From Candidatus Micrarchaeota archaeon (GTDB taxonomy: Archaea; Micrarchaeota; Micrarchaeia; Anstonellales; Bilamarchaeaceae): DNA of 64,000 nucleotides. Shown one piece after another: positions 27,020-38,624 of this stretch; positions within the stretch are counted from its first letter, which is position 1, and each line of letters opens with the position of its first letter. Under the pieces are notes generated by a model, which worked only from the letters and a program-made list of their open reading frames with translations, did no database searches and was not told where the DNA came from. Both the position numbers and the translations under genes were made by a program. The stretch covers positions 1,889-65,888 of the forward strand of contig JAFGCC010000002.1 in NCBI GenBank assembly GCA_016932815.1, written 5' to 3'.

Positions 27020-28085
27020 CCTCATCTAGCCTTCCGGTTTTTTCGGCTTCCTTTATCTCCATTGCAACGCGCCTCCCGAAACTTATTGGCTCGCGGTACA
27101 AATAATACGAATAGGGAGTAAAACGCGTTCCGGGGGAACCGGGCATCCTAAATGACACATCGAATACGACGAACCGTTCCTTGCCGTCTTTCTCCTCTAT
27201 TGCGCCCTGGAGCGCAAAAGGCCCAATTAGGCCCTGCGGGTAGAACTCCTTAACAGTTTCCACAAAGCGCTCTCCTGCTTCTATTCCCTTTTGCAGGAGC
27301 GATTCGCGCATCGTGCAGGATATGTGCCCGGCCTCTATTGTAGTGAAGCGGCGGTATTTTAGGACTTCCGACTGCTGGGGGGCGGGGAGGCGGAGCAGGC
27401 CGTCTATGTTGGTCTGCCTGCGCGTGTCTATTCCCAAGAGTTCAAGCTCCCCGCTCAAAGGCGAATAGAAGAAGTTGAAGTTGAACTGCGCGCCGAGGAT
27501 GAATTCCTCTATGCGCGCGTCTGCCAGGTCTTCTACCGCGATTGTGCCTTCGGAAATTAGCTGCTGGCTTTTTTCCTCAAACTCAGCAGGGCTTGCGGCA
27601 AAGAAGAATGCGCGCTCGTATGAGCGCTTGGCCTCCTGCACCTTCACTAAGGAGAGGACGTCTATTTCCTCCGGCTTGAACGTGCGTGCTATGTTGATTT
27701 TCGCGTTCTCAAGCAGGTCGTACTGGTTGTTTTCCGCGGTGCGCTCTTCTGCGCGCAGGAGGTGCTTGTTCCCGAAAATGGGGACTTTGAACTTGTTTTC
27801 TATATTGTCGTATCCGACGTAAACCGAGAACGAGCGGTTGGGGATGAAGACCGAATCGGAGAGCTTCTCCTGGGTTTCATCCGATATTATGTCCGCAAAT
27901 GAATCCAGGAGCAGGACGTCGTCAACTACGCCCATCCCCCTGCCGTTTCTGGTGCGGGACCTAAAGTGCTTTGAATATGTTACGTCCCTGCCTTTTTGGC
28001 ACACTACCATCGACTTGTATCCTTCTGCCTTTGCACCTTCGGAAACATCCAGCGCGGAGTGGCTTCCCAATGTTGAAATGAACAT
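27009..28085 (-). CDS. purP: FAICAR synthetase PurP family (ATP-grasp)
   Basis: ISTLGSHSALD, FIPNRSF, ERAFF, LIGPFALQ, FGRRVAMEIK. Confidence 0.9.
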   Translation of the reverse strand: MFISTLGSHSALDVSEGAKAEGYKSMVVCQKGRDVTYSKHFRSRTRNGRGMGVVDDVLLLDSFADIISDETQEKLSDSVFIPNRSFSVYVGYDNIENKFKVPIFGNKHLLRAEERTAENNQYDLLENAKINIARTFKPEEIDVLSLVKVQEAKRSYERAFFFAASPAEFEEKSQQLISEGTIAVEDLADARIEEFILGAQFNFNFFYSPLSGELELLGIDTRRQTNIDGLLRLPAPQQSEVLKYRRFTTIEAGHISCTMRESLLQKGIEAGERFVETVKEFYPQGLIGPFALQGAIEEKDGKERFVVFDVSFRMPGSPGTRFTPYSYYLYREPISFGRRVAMEIKEAEKTGRLDEVTS

Positions 28086-28194
28086 GTGCTCGCCCTTTTT
28101 TTGGGTTAATGTATAGCAGTAGTAATAAAAGAATGGTGGACAGCCTCCTGCCAAAAGATGAACGATGCGAACCGGATTAATGGGTTGCAAACAC

Positions 28195-28353
28195 TCATTC
28201 TTCGTGCAGGAGCGCCTTTATCTCCTTTTTGCGCGAAGAGAAGCAGGAATTGCAGAACACGAAAGTGTATCCGCTAAGGCTTATGCCGAAATTCCGCTCC
28301 CCATCCTCAAGGGGCTGCTTGCACATGCTGCATTCGTTGTTTCCTTCGAACAT
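28195..28353 (-). CDS. Small 52-aa zinc-finger protein (CxxC...CxxC)
   Basis: MFEGNNECSMC...FVFCNSCF; SD GGAGG upstream of ATG 28353. Confidence 0.65.
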   Translation of the reverse strand: MFEGNNECSMCKQPLEDGERNFGISLSGYTFVFCNSCFSSRKKEIKALLHEE

Positions 28354-28794
28354 CGTTGTCGCCTCCGTATTTTTCCTATGGAAAAGAAAAAAGAGTGAAA
28401 ATGACAAATGTTGGTGTTAGCAACTGCATTCATTACGGGGTTTTGGGGGTTGGTTTCTTCTTGGCCATACTACATCCGCCTCCGGTTAAGCTCCCTGGGC
28501 TTTTTGGTCCACGGATTTTGGCAGCCTCGCTGCCCTAGCATTACCGTGGATATTTGCCCATGATTGTATTAAAAACAGGAATTTTGCATTCGGAGGTTTT
28601 CCTGCGGCGATGCCTTGACGTGAAAAACAGGGGAGCAAAAGCTTAAATACCCAAAAAATTCCGGGGGAAGGCGCAGAATGCGGATATGAACGCGTGGAGA
28701 AAGATGCGGATTTTGCCTTTGCGTGTGGGAGGATGGAGGAGCGTTCCTTGGAAACGGGAAGGCGTGGCGTTTTTTGCGGGAAGCCGGCGCCTGC

Positions 28795-30126
28795 TCAAGA
28801 ATGCGGGGGGGAACTGCGGCGCAGGTATTCTTCTAGCGCATCCGGAAACCTGCGGATGAGTGCGGCCTCCCCAAGGAGGGCGGCGCGGGCGAGCTTTCCG
28901 CGGAGGTGGGAAGGCGCATCCCTGCATTCTTTGAAATCTTTTATGGCAGAGGAAACGTTGCGCAGCCTGCGCTCTGCGATTGCGTGAATCCTCCCCTCAT
29001 CAAAATAGAAGGGGGGCTCGTGCTTTTTTATGAATGCCGAAACATCTTTTTGCAAATCAAGGAACGGGCCGCGGAAAGTCTGCATTTTAGGCAGTTCCGG
29101 AGAGCGCAGCTCAAAGAGCAGGAGGCAGCGCGAGGAAGCAGCGTATGCGTGCGAGCCTAGGACCTTGAACTCCGCCTTCTTCAAAAACGAGGATAGCTGG
29201 GATGAGAGCCTCCAGAGCTGGCCCCAGAGGACGTCGTCAACTATCCTGGGCTTCCCAAACGATAGGGCAAAGATTGAGCGGCCGCGGGCTGCGGATTCAA
29301 GCTGCTTCTTCGTGAATTTCTTTGGGAAGAAGTAGATTTCGGAGGGCTCTGCGCGGAATGAAGCGCAAAGGAACACTAAGCGCAGGAAGTTCTCCCCGCT
29401 TATTACCGCGGAAACGTTGCGCGTTAGGTCCACGGGGTCTATGACGGTCAGCGGGGCTCCGAAATCAGGGATTGCAGAATCCGTGCGGTATTTTTTTGCG
29501 GGGTCCAGCCTTATTGGCGCCTTCCAGAGTGCCGCCGCATTCACAAACGCTTCAAAGCTCCCATAGTGGGCAATCATGAGCTCGCAGAGGTAGCCTGAGA
29601 AGCCGCGGATTTTTATTTCCGCGCCGTATAGGCCGTTTGCCCTGAGGAATTTCTTTAAGAGCAGCACTTCCGCCTTCTGCTTTGGCTTGAGGGTTTTTAG
29701 CACGTATTTTGTGTGCAATTGCGAGCGGTCCACCGCGGACTTTACCTTCTGCCCCTCTTTCATCTCATAGGAGGGGACCAGGTCTATTTTCTTCTTAAGA
29801 TAATACATGCGCAAGTAAGGGTGCTCTGCATAGCCGACTTCAAACTTTGCGCGGGGGAAGGCTTTTTTAGCCGCACCCTTTAAGCTCTCAAACATCTTTT
29901 CCTTGGAATAGGAAACCGGGAAGATTGCGAAAACGTCTATGTCGCCTGCGCCCCTGAGGAACGTCCCTTTTGCAACTGAACCTGCAAGGAGAGTCCGCGT
30001 ACCCTCTGGAAGCGCGGCAGAGAGGCGCCCTATTATTGAAGACGAAATCTTCCGCAGGCGGGCTCCCTCGGATTTGGTTGGGGAAACCCTGCGCAGGATT
30101 TTCGCGTATCCGTATCCATGTTTCAT
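28795..30126 (-). CDS. cca: Archaeal class I CCA-adding enzyme
   Basis: GSVAKGTFL, DIDVF, YAEHPY, IDLVP, SAVDRS, GFSGYLCELM, DPVDLTRNV. Confidence 0.95.
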   Translation of the reverse strand: MKHGYGYAKILRRVSPTKSEGARLRKISSSIIGRLSAALPEGTRTLLAGSVAKGTFLRGAGDIDVFAIFPVSYSKEKMFESLKGAAKKAFPRAKFEVGYAEHPYLRMYYLKKKIDLVPSYEMKEGQKVKSAVDRSQLHTKYVLKTLKPKQKAEVLLLKKFLRANGLYGAEIKIRGFSGYLCELMIAHYGSFEAFVNAAALWKAPIRLDPAKKYRTDSAIPDFGAPLTVIDPVDLTRNVSAVISGENFLRLVFLCASFRAEPSEIYFFPKKFTKKQLESAARGRSIFALSFGKPRIVDDVLWGQLWRLSSQLSSFLKKAEFKVLGSHAYAASSRCLLLFELRSPELPKMQTFRGPFLDLQKDVSAFIKKHEPPFYFDEGRIHAIAERRLRNVSSAIKDFKECRDAPSHLRGKLARAALLGEAALIRRFPDALEEYLRRSSPPHS

Positions 30127-30420
30127 TGCATAAAGGTGCGGAAAGAGGATTTTTAAATTTGGGGGAAGCGCGGGGGGCGGCAGGAAATGGGAATATCGGT
30201 GCAAAACGTGCGGCCAGAAGCGCAAAAAAGGCTAAAAAAAGCCGGAATCCACAGCGGGAGGGGCATTTATGCTGCAGGCTGTAACGGATGGATTTTGGGG
30301 CTTTTGGGCCCCGCAGGCAAAGGGGAGCGTTTTTTACTCCGTCGGTGCGCAATTTTACGACGTTGGAACCGAGAGGAAAAAGGAGAAAGGTTTATAAGTT
30401 AAATCTTCCAAATTGCCCCC

Positions 30421-32709
30421 ATGCGAAAGGTTGCAATATTCCTATTGATATTCCTGCTTTTTTACGGCTGCATTGAAGAGCGGCAGATAAGCGTAAGCGG
30501 GTATGAGCAGATTGAGAGCCTAAGCGGCACGGACTTTACCGGTGACGGCATAAACGATTTCATACTAGCCACATACGCGCCAAAGGTAATCAACCCCGAA
30601 GTGGGGGTTTCCATAAAGAAAACCGTCGCGGTGTATCCGGTTTCGCTTAGTGCGCAGGTCATTAGCTGCATGCCCCTAACGGATTACGATTTGCAATACG
30701 TAAAGAACAGGATAAACGAGTTTGACGAGGCAAGAAGCTCCGGGGAGAGCAGCTGCTTCTCTGCTCTGGGAATGGGCGGGGGAACCTGCACGGACGTTGA
30801 CAACTGCCTCACGCAGTGCACATCATATGCATGCACGAGGGCGAAATCCTTCGGGGAGAACACCTTCGGAAACGAGCTCTACGTATTCAGCCACGAATCC
30901 TCCGAGATGGACAAGGCCATAGCGGATATTGAGGGAACCGTTTATACGGGCACCGAGGCGCAGAGGGAGGAACTGATAGAGGATATTACTACGCTCATGG
31001 CGCTATCATCCAAAATCTCTTCTAGCCTCCTGTTCCGCTCGGACGCTTTTGGCGCGTGCAGCAGGCCGATATACGATAGCGGAACGCTGTCTGCGGCCCT
31101 CTCAAGGCTGGGCAACATAACCGTCACTTCGGGCAGCTACGAATACAAGGTGGGAATAATCGCGGAGAGCGACCCCAACGAGGAGAGCATAGAGCTTTAC
31201 GTGAAGGATACCCCTCCGCTACTGCTTGACATAGACCCGGTAACACTGGACGTGCTAGAGGACGGGACGCTCTTTGAAAAAGAGCCGATTACGGTGGGGT
31301 GGGATGCGCTGGAGCTTGATGCGTCCCATGAAGTGATGTATTACGATTTTGTTTCCGCAGACGAGCCTTCGGACGAGGTGCTCTCCAAATGGAAGTTCCC
31401 CAAGATAAAAGAGAGGAACCTAAAGGCGCTAACCTACGTCAACCAGGTGCTCTCGCACCCTGCGGGCGCAACCGTGTTCATAGTCTCAGAATACGTTTTC
31501 AATTCCACGCTGTTCCTGGGGTATTATGCCGCATTGGGCGCTGCGATGTCGCTGTGGGTGATACTGCTTTTCCTCCTGGTTTTCCTGGGGGAGCTGCTCT
31601 ATTTCATAGCAAAGGCGGTAATGGACCGGAGGAATATGCGCGAGGCGCTCCTGGATTATTTCGGGGCACCCATGACCGACTGGAAGATGTATGGAATGGT
31701 GGGCGCGGTGCTAATGGGCGCAGCCGCAATGATTAACCTGTTCTACGTTGCCCCGGTTGCATCCGAGAACTTCCTAATAGATGAACTGGTGGCCACCCTG
31801 GGCTCTGATGCCGCAGGAGCCGGATGCGTGCTGCTATTCGTAATAGGCGCATACACTATTTTCCTGGTAATTGAGGATTGGCTAAAGGGAGTGGTTGTCG
31901 GCCCGGGCTATTATAGGCTAAAGAACGCAACCAAGGAAGAAAACACCAGGATATTAGCTGACCTGCGCGAATCCTGGCAGGCGCTCAAGATGAGGGTGGA
32001 AGACCTCTCCAAGACCGGGATGGTCGTGACAGAAGAATACGCGATAATCGTTTCGGTCCCAATAGAGCGCTTAGAGCAGATGATTGCGACCGGGAAGCAG
32101 GGGATGGCCAAGCAATTAATCGTTTTCAACCAGGAGAGGCTTGAGGGCCTCAACCAGAAACTGGACGAAAAGGTAAACGTGATGAACCAGAAATGGCCCG
32201 AGTGGGAAGTTGAGCTTGCAAAGGCGCTTGAATCAAGCGACCAGATACCACTCAACACCCTGCTGTTCATCCCCCTCCAATGGAGGGAATGGGCCGTGGA
32301 AAAGTACATAAGCGAGAACCGCGCAAAAGGATATGTCCTAGAAGGGGACATCGTGACAAGGAGGGAAGTGAAAGTGGACGACCTCCTGACCAAGAAAGTA
32401 GAGGAGATGGTAAAGTCCAATCTTGCACAGCAGGCAGTCATCCTCTCAAAAGACGTGGAGGTTTTCAACTCCTTTGCGAAGGGAAAGAGAACCGTTGCGG
32501 ACGTGTTGTTCCTAAAGCTTAAGGCATACTCCGAATCCCTTGCCAAAAAGATGGGGGCAAACGAGGTAAAGCGGTTCGTGGTTTCGGGAGGGAAGATGGC
32601 TGCGGTATACGTTAGCCATGATGGGCACCAGGCATTCATAGCCGCGCAGAAAGGGCGCATAAAGGAAGTGGTGGATGCCTGGGGCGGGACGGTGGAAAAA
32701 CTCAAGTGA
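30421..32709 (+). CDS. Hypothetical multi-pass membrane protein: lipoprotein-like signal, Cys-containing ectodomain, TM bundle, cytoplasmic coiled coil
   Basis: 762-aa ORF; MRKVAIFLLIFLLFYGC; several central hydrophobic helices. Confidence 0.85.
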   Translation: MRKVAIFLLIFLLFYGCIEERQISVSGYEQIESLSGTDFTGDGINDFILATYAPKVINPEVGVSIKKTVAVYPVSLSAQVISCMPLTDYDLQYVKNRINEFDEARSSGESSCFSALGMGGGTCTDVDNCLTQCTSYACTRAKSFGENTFGNELYVFSHESSEMDKAIADIEGTVYTGTEAQREELIEDITTLMALSSKISSSLLFRSDAFGACSRPIYDSGTLSAALSRLGNITVTSGSYEYKVGIIAESDPNEESIELYVKDTPPLLLDIDPVTLDVLEDGTLFEKEPITVGWDALELDASHEVMYYDFVSADEPSDEVLSKWKFPKIKERNLKALTYVNQVLSHPAGATVFIVSEYVFNSTLFLGYYAALGAAMSLWVILLFLLVFLGELLYFIAKAVMDRRNMREALLDYFGAPMTDWKMYGMVGAVLMGAAAMINLFYVAPVASENFLIDELVATLGSDAAGAGCVLLFVIGAYTIFLVIEDWLKGVVVGPGYYRLKNATKEENTRILADLRESWQALKMRVEDLSKTGMVVTEEYAIIVSVPIERLEQMIATGKQGMAKQLIVFNQERLEGLNQKLDEKVNVMNQKWPEWEVELAKALESSDQIPLNTLLFIPLQWREWAVEKYISENRAKGYVLEGDIVTRREVKVDDLLTKKVEEMVKSNLAQQAVILSKDVEVFNSFAKGKRTVADVLFLKLKAYSESLAKKMGANEVKRFVVSGGKMAAVYVSHDGHQAFIAAQKGRIKEVVDAWGGTVEKLK

Positions 32710-32820
32710 GGCTTTACGCTTGAGGCGGGGGCTGCGTTTCCGTCCCCAGAGTGAGATATGCAGAGTGTGGCAAATCAGAAATCGGGAGAGAGGATAACTA
32801 GATACAAGGATGTTGATTAC

Positions 32821-34701
32821 ATGGTTGAAGAATACGGCGCTGAAACAATCAAGGTATTAGAGGGGCTGGAAGGAGTCCGCAAAAGGCCCGCGATGTACAT
32901 CGGGGACACTTCAAAAAGGGGGCTGCATCACCTGGTATACGAAGTGGTGGACAACAGCATAGACGAGGCGCTTGCAGGCTACTGCAAGAACGTTGAGGTC
33001 GTGCTCACAAAGGGCGGCTCGGTAATGGTGCGCGATGACGGGAGGGGAATTCCCGTGGGAAAGCACTCCAAAACCGGCAAGTCCGCGCTGGAACTTGTAA
33101 CCACAGTCCTGCATGCCGGAGGAAAATTCGAGAAGAAAGCATACCAGGTAAGCGGCGGGCTGCACGGAGTCGGCCTCTCAGTCGTAAATGCGCTTAGCGA
33201 ATGGATGGAAGTGGAAGTGCACCTTGGGGGAAAGAAGCACCAGCAGAAATACGAGAGGGGGAAAGCGGTTACGCCCGTGGAAGTGCTCGGGGACACCGAT
33301 TATCGTGGAACGATAGTGAGGTTCAAGCCGGACATGACCATATTCACCGGGGAATTGGACTTCAGCTACCTGCGCGAGAGGCTGCGCGAACTCGCGTTCT
33401 TAAACGCCGGGATACGCATAGTCCTAGCAGATGAGGGCTCGGGGCAGAAGGAAGAGCTGCGCTACGAAGGCGGAATCAAGAGCTTCGTAGAATACATGAA
33501 CCGCTCAAGAAAGCCCCTGCACGCCCCCTTTGGCTACGGGAAGAAGGTGGATGACGTTGATGTGGAATACTCTTTACAGTACACCGAGAACTTCACCCCT
33601 GTTGTGCACTCTTTTGTCAACAACATAAACACAGTTGAGGGGGGAACGCACCTTGTGGGATTCAAGACCGCACTTACCCGTGCAATAAACGAATACATGA
33701 AGGACAACAAGGCGCTAAAAGAGAGGAAAATCAGCGGGGACGACGTGTTGGAGGGGCTTACCGCAATAGTGAGCGTAAAGGTCATGGAACCCCAGTTTGA
33801 AGGGCAGACCAAGACCAAATTGGGGAACGCGGAAGTCCGCGGGATTACTTCCAGCGTCGTCTATGAGAGCTTAATGCAGTTCCTAAACGAGAACCCCGCA
33901 GAGGCAAAGAGGATTGGGGAGAAGATGCTAAACGCCATGCGTGCGCGCGAGGCGGCGCAGAAGGCGAAGGAGCTAATTCGGAGAAAGAGCGTTTTTGAGA
34001 GCAGCGTGCTCCCCGGGAAGCTTGCGGACTGCATAGAGCGCAACCCGGCCAATGCGGAACTCTTCATAGTGGAGGGAGATTCCGCAGGCGGCAGCGGAAA
34101 GCAGGGGAGAGACAGGCAAACCCAGGCAATCCTGCCTTTGAGGGGGAAAATCCTCAATGTGGAAAAAGCGCAAATCAACAGGGTGCTGCGGAGCGAAGAA
34201 ATCAAGGCGCTAATTACCAGCCTGGGGACCGGGTTCGGAGAGGACTTTGACCTTGAGAAATTGCGCTACCACAAAATCGTAATCATGACGGATGCGGACG
34301 TGGATGGAAGCCACATCCGCACCTTGCTCCTCACCCTATTCTACAGGCACTTTAGGAGCATAATAGAAGGAGGGTATCTCTACATTGCCCAGCCGCCGCT
34401 ATACCAGGTTAGGAAGGGCAGGGCGGCAGAATACGCCTACGATGATGCGCAGCTTGGGGAATTGATGGGCAAATTCGGGGAGAACGCAACCATACAGAGG
34501 TACAAGGGGCTTGGGGAAATGAACCCGGGGCAGCTCTGGGACACCACGCTCAACCCTGAGAACCGGACGCTAAAGAGGGTTAGCGTGCAGGATGCGATGA
34601 GGGCGGACGAGCTATTTACCACCCTCATGGGAGACGCGGTTGAGCCGCGCAGGAAATTCATAGAAGACCACGCGCGCGAGGTGGAGAACCTGGACATATA
34701 G
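32821..34701 (+). CDS. gyrB: DNA gyrase subunit B
   Basis: [57 protein letters not shown]. Confidence 0.97.
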   Translation: MVEEYGAETIKVLEGLEGVRKRPAMYIGDTSKRGLHHLVYEVVDNSIDEALAGYCKNVEVVLTKGGSVMVRDDGRGIPVGKHSKTGKSALELVTTVLHAGGKFEKKAYQVSGGLHGVGLSVVNALSEWMEVEVHLGGKKHQQKYERGKAVTPVEVLGDTDYRGTIVRFKPDMTIFTGELDFSYLRERLRELAFLNAGIRIVLADEGSGQKEELRYEGGIKSFVEYMNRSRKPLHAPFGYGKKVDDVDVEYSLQYTENFTPVVHSFVNNINTVEGGTHLVGFKTALTRAINEYMKDNKALKERKISGDDVLEGLTAIVSVKVMEPQFEGQTKTKLGNAEVRGITSSVVYESLMQFLNENPAEAKRIGEKMLNAMRAREAAQKAKELIRRKSVFESSVLPGKLADCIERNPANAELFIVEGDSAGGSGKQGRDRQTQAILPLRGKILNVEKAQINRVLRSEEIKALITSLGTGFGEDFDLEKLRYHKIVIMTDADVDGSHIRTLLLTLFYRHFRSIIEGGYLYIAQPPLYQVRKGRAAEYAYDDAQLGELMGKFGENATIQRYKGLGEMNPGQLWDTTLNPENRTLKRVSVQDAMRADELFTTLMGDAVEPRRKFIEDHAREVENLDI

Positions 34702-34710
34702 GTGGTACTC

Positions 34711-37245
34711 ATGGGAATCGAGAACATTGCAATTGAAGATGACATGAAAAAATCCTACATGGATTATGCGATGAGCGTCATAGTGAGCAGGGCGCTGCCG
34801 GATGTGCGAGACGGGCTAAAGCCTGTCCACAGGAGAATCCTGTATTCTATGTACGAACTTGGGAACACGCACAGCAAGGCGTACAAGAAGAGTGCGAGAA
34901 TCGTCGGGGAAGTCCTGGGAAAATACCACCCTCACGGAGACGCGGCGATTTACGATTCTCTCGTCCGGATGGCGCAGCCATTTAGCCTGCGCAACATGCT
35001 AGTAGACGGGCAGGGAAACTTCGGAAGCATAGACGGGGATTCCGCTGCGGCAATGAGGTACACAGAGTGCCGCATGAGGGGAATAGCCGAAGAGATGATC
35101 CGGGACATAGAAAAGGAAACCGTGGAATGGTCGCCCAACTTTGATGGAACGCTAAAGGAGCCAATCGTGCTGCCCTCTAGAGTCCCGAACCTGCTAATAA
35201 ACGGCTCATCCGGAATCGCGGTGGGAATGGCAACCAACATACCCCCGCACAACCTAATTGAGGTTGCGGATGCGATTATCGCAGCGATAGAGGGCGCGGA
35301 TGAGGAGGCACTCCTTGCCATTGTGCAGGGGCCGGACTTCCCAACGGGTGGATACATAGTCGGGCGCAGGGGGATACTTTCTGCGTACAAGAGCGGAAGG
35401 GGCATAATAAGGGTGCGCGCAAGGGCGCAAACCAAGGAGAGGGAAATCATTGTTACCGAAATCCCCTACCAGGTCAACAAGACCAGCCTGATACAGCAGA
35501 TAGTAGAATGCGTAAAGGACAAGAAAATAGAAGGGATAAGCGGCCTGCACGACCGCTCGGACAAAGACGGGCTGAATGTTAATATAGAGCTAAAGAGGGG
35601 CGAGGACCCAGAAATCGTGCTGCGCCAGCTTTATGCGCACACGGACCTGGAAAAAAGCTTTGGGATAATCAACCTGGCGCTGGTTGACGGGAAGCCGCGG
35701 CAGCTAACATTATATGAGATGATTCGGGAATTCATAGAGTTCCGCAAGGAAATCATAACGCGCAGGAGCCGCTTTGAGCTTGAGAAGGCAAAAGCGAGGC
35801 TCCACATCCTAGAGGGCCTTGTGATTGCTCTTGAGAACATAGACGCAATCGTGAAGATGGTGAAGGCGGCATCCAACGCGGAGTCTGCGCGCGCGGCACT
35901 ATCTGAAACCTACGGGCTAAGCGAGAAGCAGGCCCTTGCAATCTTGGACATGAAGCTCCAGAAATTGACCAACATGGAGCGCGATGGGATAGAAGGGGAG
36001 AAGCGCGAGAGGGAAGGCGAAATCCGCGGGTTATTGGAGCTCCTGGGTGATGAGAGGAAAATCCTGGATGTCATAAAGGCCGAAACCGAAGAGGTCAAGG
36101 CGAAATTCGGGGACGCTAGGAAGACCGAAATCCTAGAAGACGAGGAGGATGGCGACATCGAGTCCCTTATTCCCGACGAAAAGGTCGTGGTCACTTTCTC
36201 CAAGAGGGGATACATCAAGAGGGTGCCGCTGGAAGAATACAAGAAGCAGAGGAGAGGGGGCCTGGGAGTGATTGCGGCGGAAACCGTGGAGGACGACTTC
36301 ATAGTGGACGTTATCGTTACGACCAACCACAAGTACATGCTCTTCTTTACCGACGCAGGAAGGGTGCACTGGCTAAAAACGTACCGGATACCAGAGAGCG
36401 GAAGGTACTCAAAGGGCAAGCCAATCGTGAACCTGCTTGAACTTGACAATGAGAACGTCACCGCGTGGGTTTCCGTAGATGAATTCGGGGACGATGAGCA
36501 CCTGGTCATGGCGACTGCGAACGGGACTATTACCAAGACGATGCTGTCCGCTTTCAGCAGGCCCAGGAAGGGAGGCATAATAGCCATTACCCTGCGCGAA
36601 GGGGACTCCCTAATAGACGTTAAGAAGACGGATGGAGAGCAGAGCCTCCTGCTTGGGACACTTGATGGGCACTCTGTGCGCTTCAACGAAAAGGACGTGC
36701 GCCAGACCGGAAGGGGCTCAATGGGGGTTAGGGGAATCCGCCTCCGCAAGGGAGATGCGGTCGTGGGCCTTGCAGTATGCGACAAGCCCCATATCCTGAC
36801 TATCACCGAAAACGGGTACGGAAAGCGCACCGAAGTGGGCGAATACCGCATCCAGGCAAGGGGCGGCCAGGGGATAATCAACATCAAGGCCAGCGGAAGG
36901 AACGGGAAAGTCGTGGGGATTAAATCCACCGACGACTATGATGAGATAATAGTAGTCAGTTCCCGCGGCAGGATAGTCCGCATGGGCGCTTTGGGAATCC
37001 CGGTAATAGGGCGCAACACCATGGGCGTGCGCATAGCAAAGCTCAAGGAAGGCGAGAAGGTGTCCTCCTTTACCGTGATGAAGCCCGAGGAGAAGGAGGA
37101 TTCCGGCGGAGAAGAAGATGCGCAGGAGCCCTTGGGGCGCGGCGGAGGCGGAGAAGAGGGGGGAGCTTCGGGCATTTCCGGGGAAGGCGATGTCGGCGAA
37201 GCAGAAGGCAACGAAGGGGAGGAATATGGGGGGGAAGACGCCTGA
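34711..37245 (+). CDS. gyrA: DNA gyrase subunit A
   Basis: [25 protein letters not shown] (catalytic Tyr), GyrA-box QRRGGLG, beta-pinwheel repeats, acidic tail. Confidence 0.97.
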   Translation: MGIENIAIEDDMKKSYMDYAMSVIVSRALPDVRDGLKPVHRRILYSMYELGNTHSKAYKKSARIVGEVLGKYHPHGDAAIYDSLVRMAQPFSLRNMLVDGQGNFGSIDGDSAAAMRYTECRMRGIAEEMIRDIEKETVEWSPNFDGTLKEPIVLPSRVPNLLINGSSGIAVGMATNIPPHNLIEVADAIIAAIEGADEEALLAIVQGPDFPTGGYIVGRRGILSAYKSGRGIIRVRARAQTKEREIIVTEIPYQVNKTSLIQQIVECVKDKKIEGISGLHDRSDKDGLNVNIELKRGEDPEIVLRQLYAHTDLEKSFGIINLALVDGKPRQLTLYEMIREFIEFRKEIITRRSRFELEKAKARLHILEGLVIALENIDAIVKMVKAASNAESARAALSETYGLSEKQALAILDMKLQKLTNMERDGIEGEKREREGEIRGLLELLGDERKILDVIKAETEEVKAKFGDARKTEILEDEEDGDIESLIPDEKVVVTFSKRGYIKRVPLEEYKKQRRGGLGVIAAETVEDDFIVDVIVTTNHKYMLFFTDAGRVHWLKTYRIPESGRYSKGKPIVNLLELDNENVTAWVSVDEFGDDEHLVMATANGTITKTMLSAFSRPRKGGIIAITLREGDSLIDVKKTDGEQSLLLGTLDGHSVRFNEKDVRQTGRGSMGVRGIRLRKGDAVVGLAVCDKPHILTITENGYGKRTEVGEYRIQARGGQGIINIKASGRNGKVVGIKSTDDYDEIIVVSSRGRIVRMGALGIPVIGRNTMGVRIAKLKEGEKVSSFTVMKPEEKEDSGGEEDAQEPLGRGGGGEEGGASGISGEGDVGEAEGNEGEEYGGEDA

Positions 37246-37310
37246 AGCGCTGATGCAGCCGACGGAAGATATTAAAAAAGGATTGTGTGATGGATATGCG
37301 CCGTGATAAT

Positions 37311-38570
37311 ATGTGGAAAAGCCTACTGCTCTTCATCGTGATGTTCGGAAGCCTCCTATGGGCGTGCGAGCCCGGGTTTACCGATGACCTGGAAATCAAG
37401 GTTATTGACTCCAAATACAGGCCCATAAGCGGGGCGGCGGTAAACATCACATACCAGAAAGACGAGACCACGGGCAAGGGATACGTTACCAGCACGACGC
37501 AATATACCCCGGAAGACGGGCTTTTGTCATTTACGGCAAGGAACATAGAGACTTTTGAGAGCCGCGTGGAATGCGACATAACCGTGATGGCGGAATACGA
37601 CGGAGTTGTGGTTGAGAGGGAAATTGAAGCGGAATCCCACTCGGCGCTCTTGCAGATGCGCTTTGAAGACGCATACCTCCTTAACATGAAGGTTGTGGAC
37701 AAGAACGGCCAGGCAATAGGCAATACGCAGGTGCGCATAAACGGGATGTACGTGAACACCTCAGACGAAGGATACATAGCAGTCATAGTGAATGCGGGAA
37801 CCGTGGAAGTGGCGGTGCCATACCTGGGAGCAGTAATAGCGCGCGAAATAGAAGTGGACTCCGATATGACCTACACGCTGCAGGCTAGGGCATATTCGCT
37901 TAGTTTAGACGTGGTTGACGACCGCGGGGACCCGCTTGTTGCGCAGATAACAGTAGAAGACAACGTGAGCCTGGGCACCGGGATTGACATTGAAGGGCTC
38001 GCAATTACCAGCCCGTATGTGAAAGTCGCATACGGCTCGGTGGAGAAGTTCCCCCAGATAGACCTTACGCAGGGGGGGCAATACCGGGTTTCATTTGACC
38101 TTACTCCCCCAGAAATTACCAATGTCGGGGTAGTGGGGAGCGGCGGGGACCTTAGGATAAGCTTCTTCCTAGAAGACCCCAATGCGCTTGCAAGCGGGCC
38201 GGACATAGGCTCTACCACCGTGAGCTACGTGGTTTCGGGGGTTACGCAAGAGGCGGTCCCCTATGCGGAGAGCGGGGCATACGCAGTGGAGATACCCGCA
38301 CCCCCGGAGAATACGCTCCTTCGCTTCACGATAACCGCCTACGACATGGAAGGGAACATGAACACGGTAAACGGGGAATACCTCGTTACCCCGGAGGCGC
38401 AGCAGGAGCCCGAAACCGGAAACGGGGGGGAAGGTGAAGGCCAGGGCGGGGAAACCGAACCCCCCTCTGAGGACGGAGGGCTCATCTTCCTGGCCCTTGG
38501 AGGAATCGTGGTGGTCGTGCTCGCATACGTTGTAATAGGCTATTTCAGGGGCCTTTCCGATGGAGAATGA
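37311..38570 (+). CDS. Secreted beta-rich surface protein with C-terminal membrane anchor
   Basis: Signal MWKSLLLFIVMFGSLLWAC; repeated (K/D)V(I/V)D..(P/A)(I/L) units; C-terminal TM. Confidence 0.8.
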   Translation: MWKSLLLFIVMFGSLLWACEPGFTDDLEIKVIDSKYRPISGAAVNITYQKDETTGKGYVTSTTQYTPEDGLLSFTARNIETFESRVECDITVMAEYDGVVVEREIEAESHSALLQMRFEDAYLLNMKVVDKNGQAIGNTQVRINGMYVNTSDEGYIAVIVNAGTVEVAVPYLGAVIAREIEVDSDMTYTLQARAYSLSLDVVDDRGDPLVAQITVEDNVSLGTGIDIEGLAITSPYVKVAYGSVEKFPQIDLTQGGQYRVSFDLTPPEITNVGVVGSGGDLRISFFLEDPNALASGPDIGSTTVSYVVSGVTQEAVPYAESGAYAVEIPAPPENTLLRFTITAYDMEGNMNTVNGEYLVTPEAQQEPETGNGGEGEGQGGETEPPSEDGGLIFLALGGIVVVVLAYVVIGYFRGLSDGE

Positions 38571-38624
38571 GCGATAGGTTTATAAATATTTGAGCCGTAA
38601 CTAATATGTGAATAAAAAAGGCAA

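Noticed and set aside
34950-37786. Antisense ORFs over gyrA and its neighbour
   Set aside because: Shadow frames of recognised genes.
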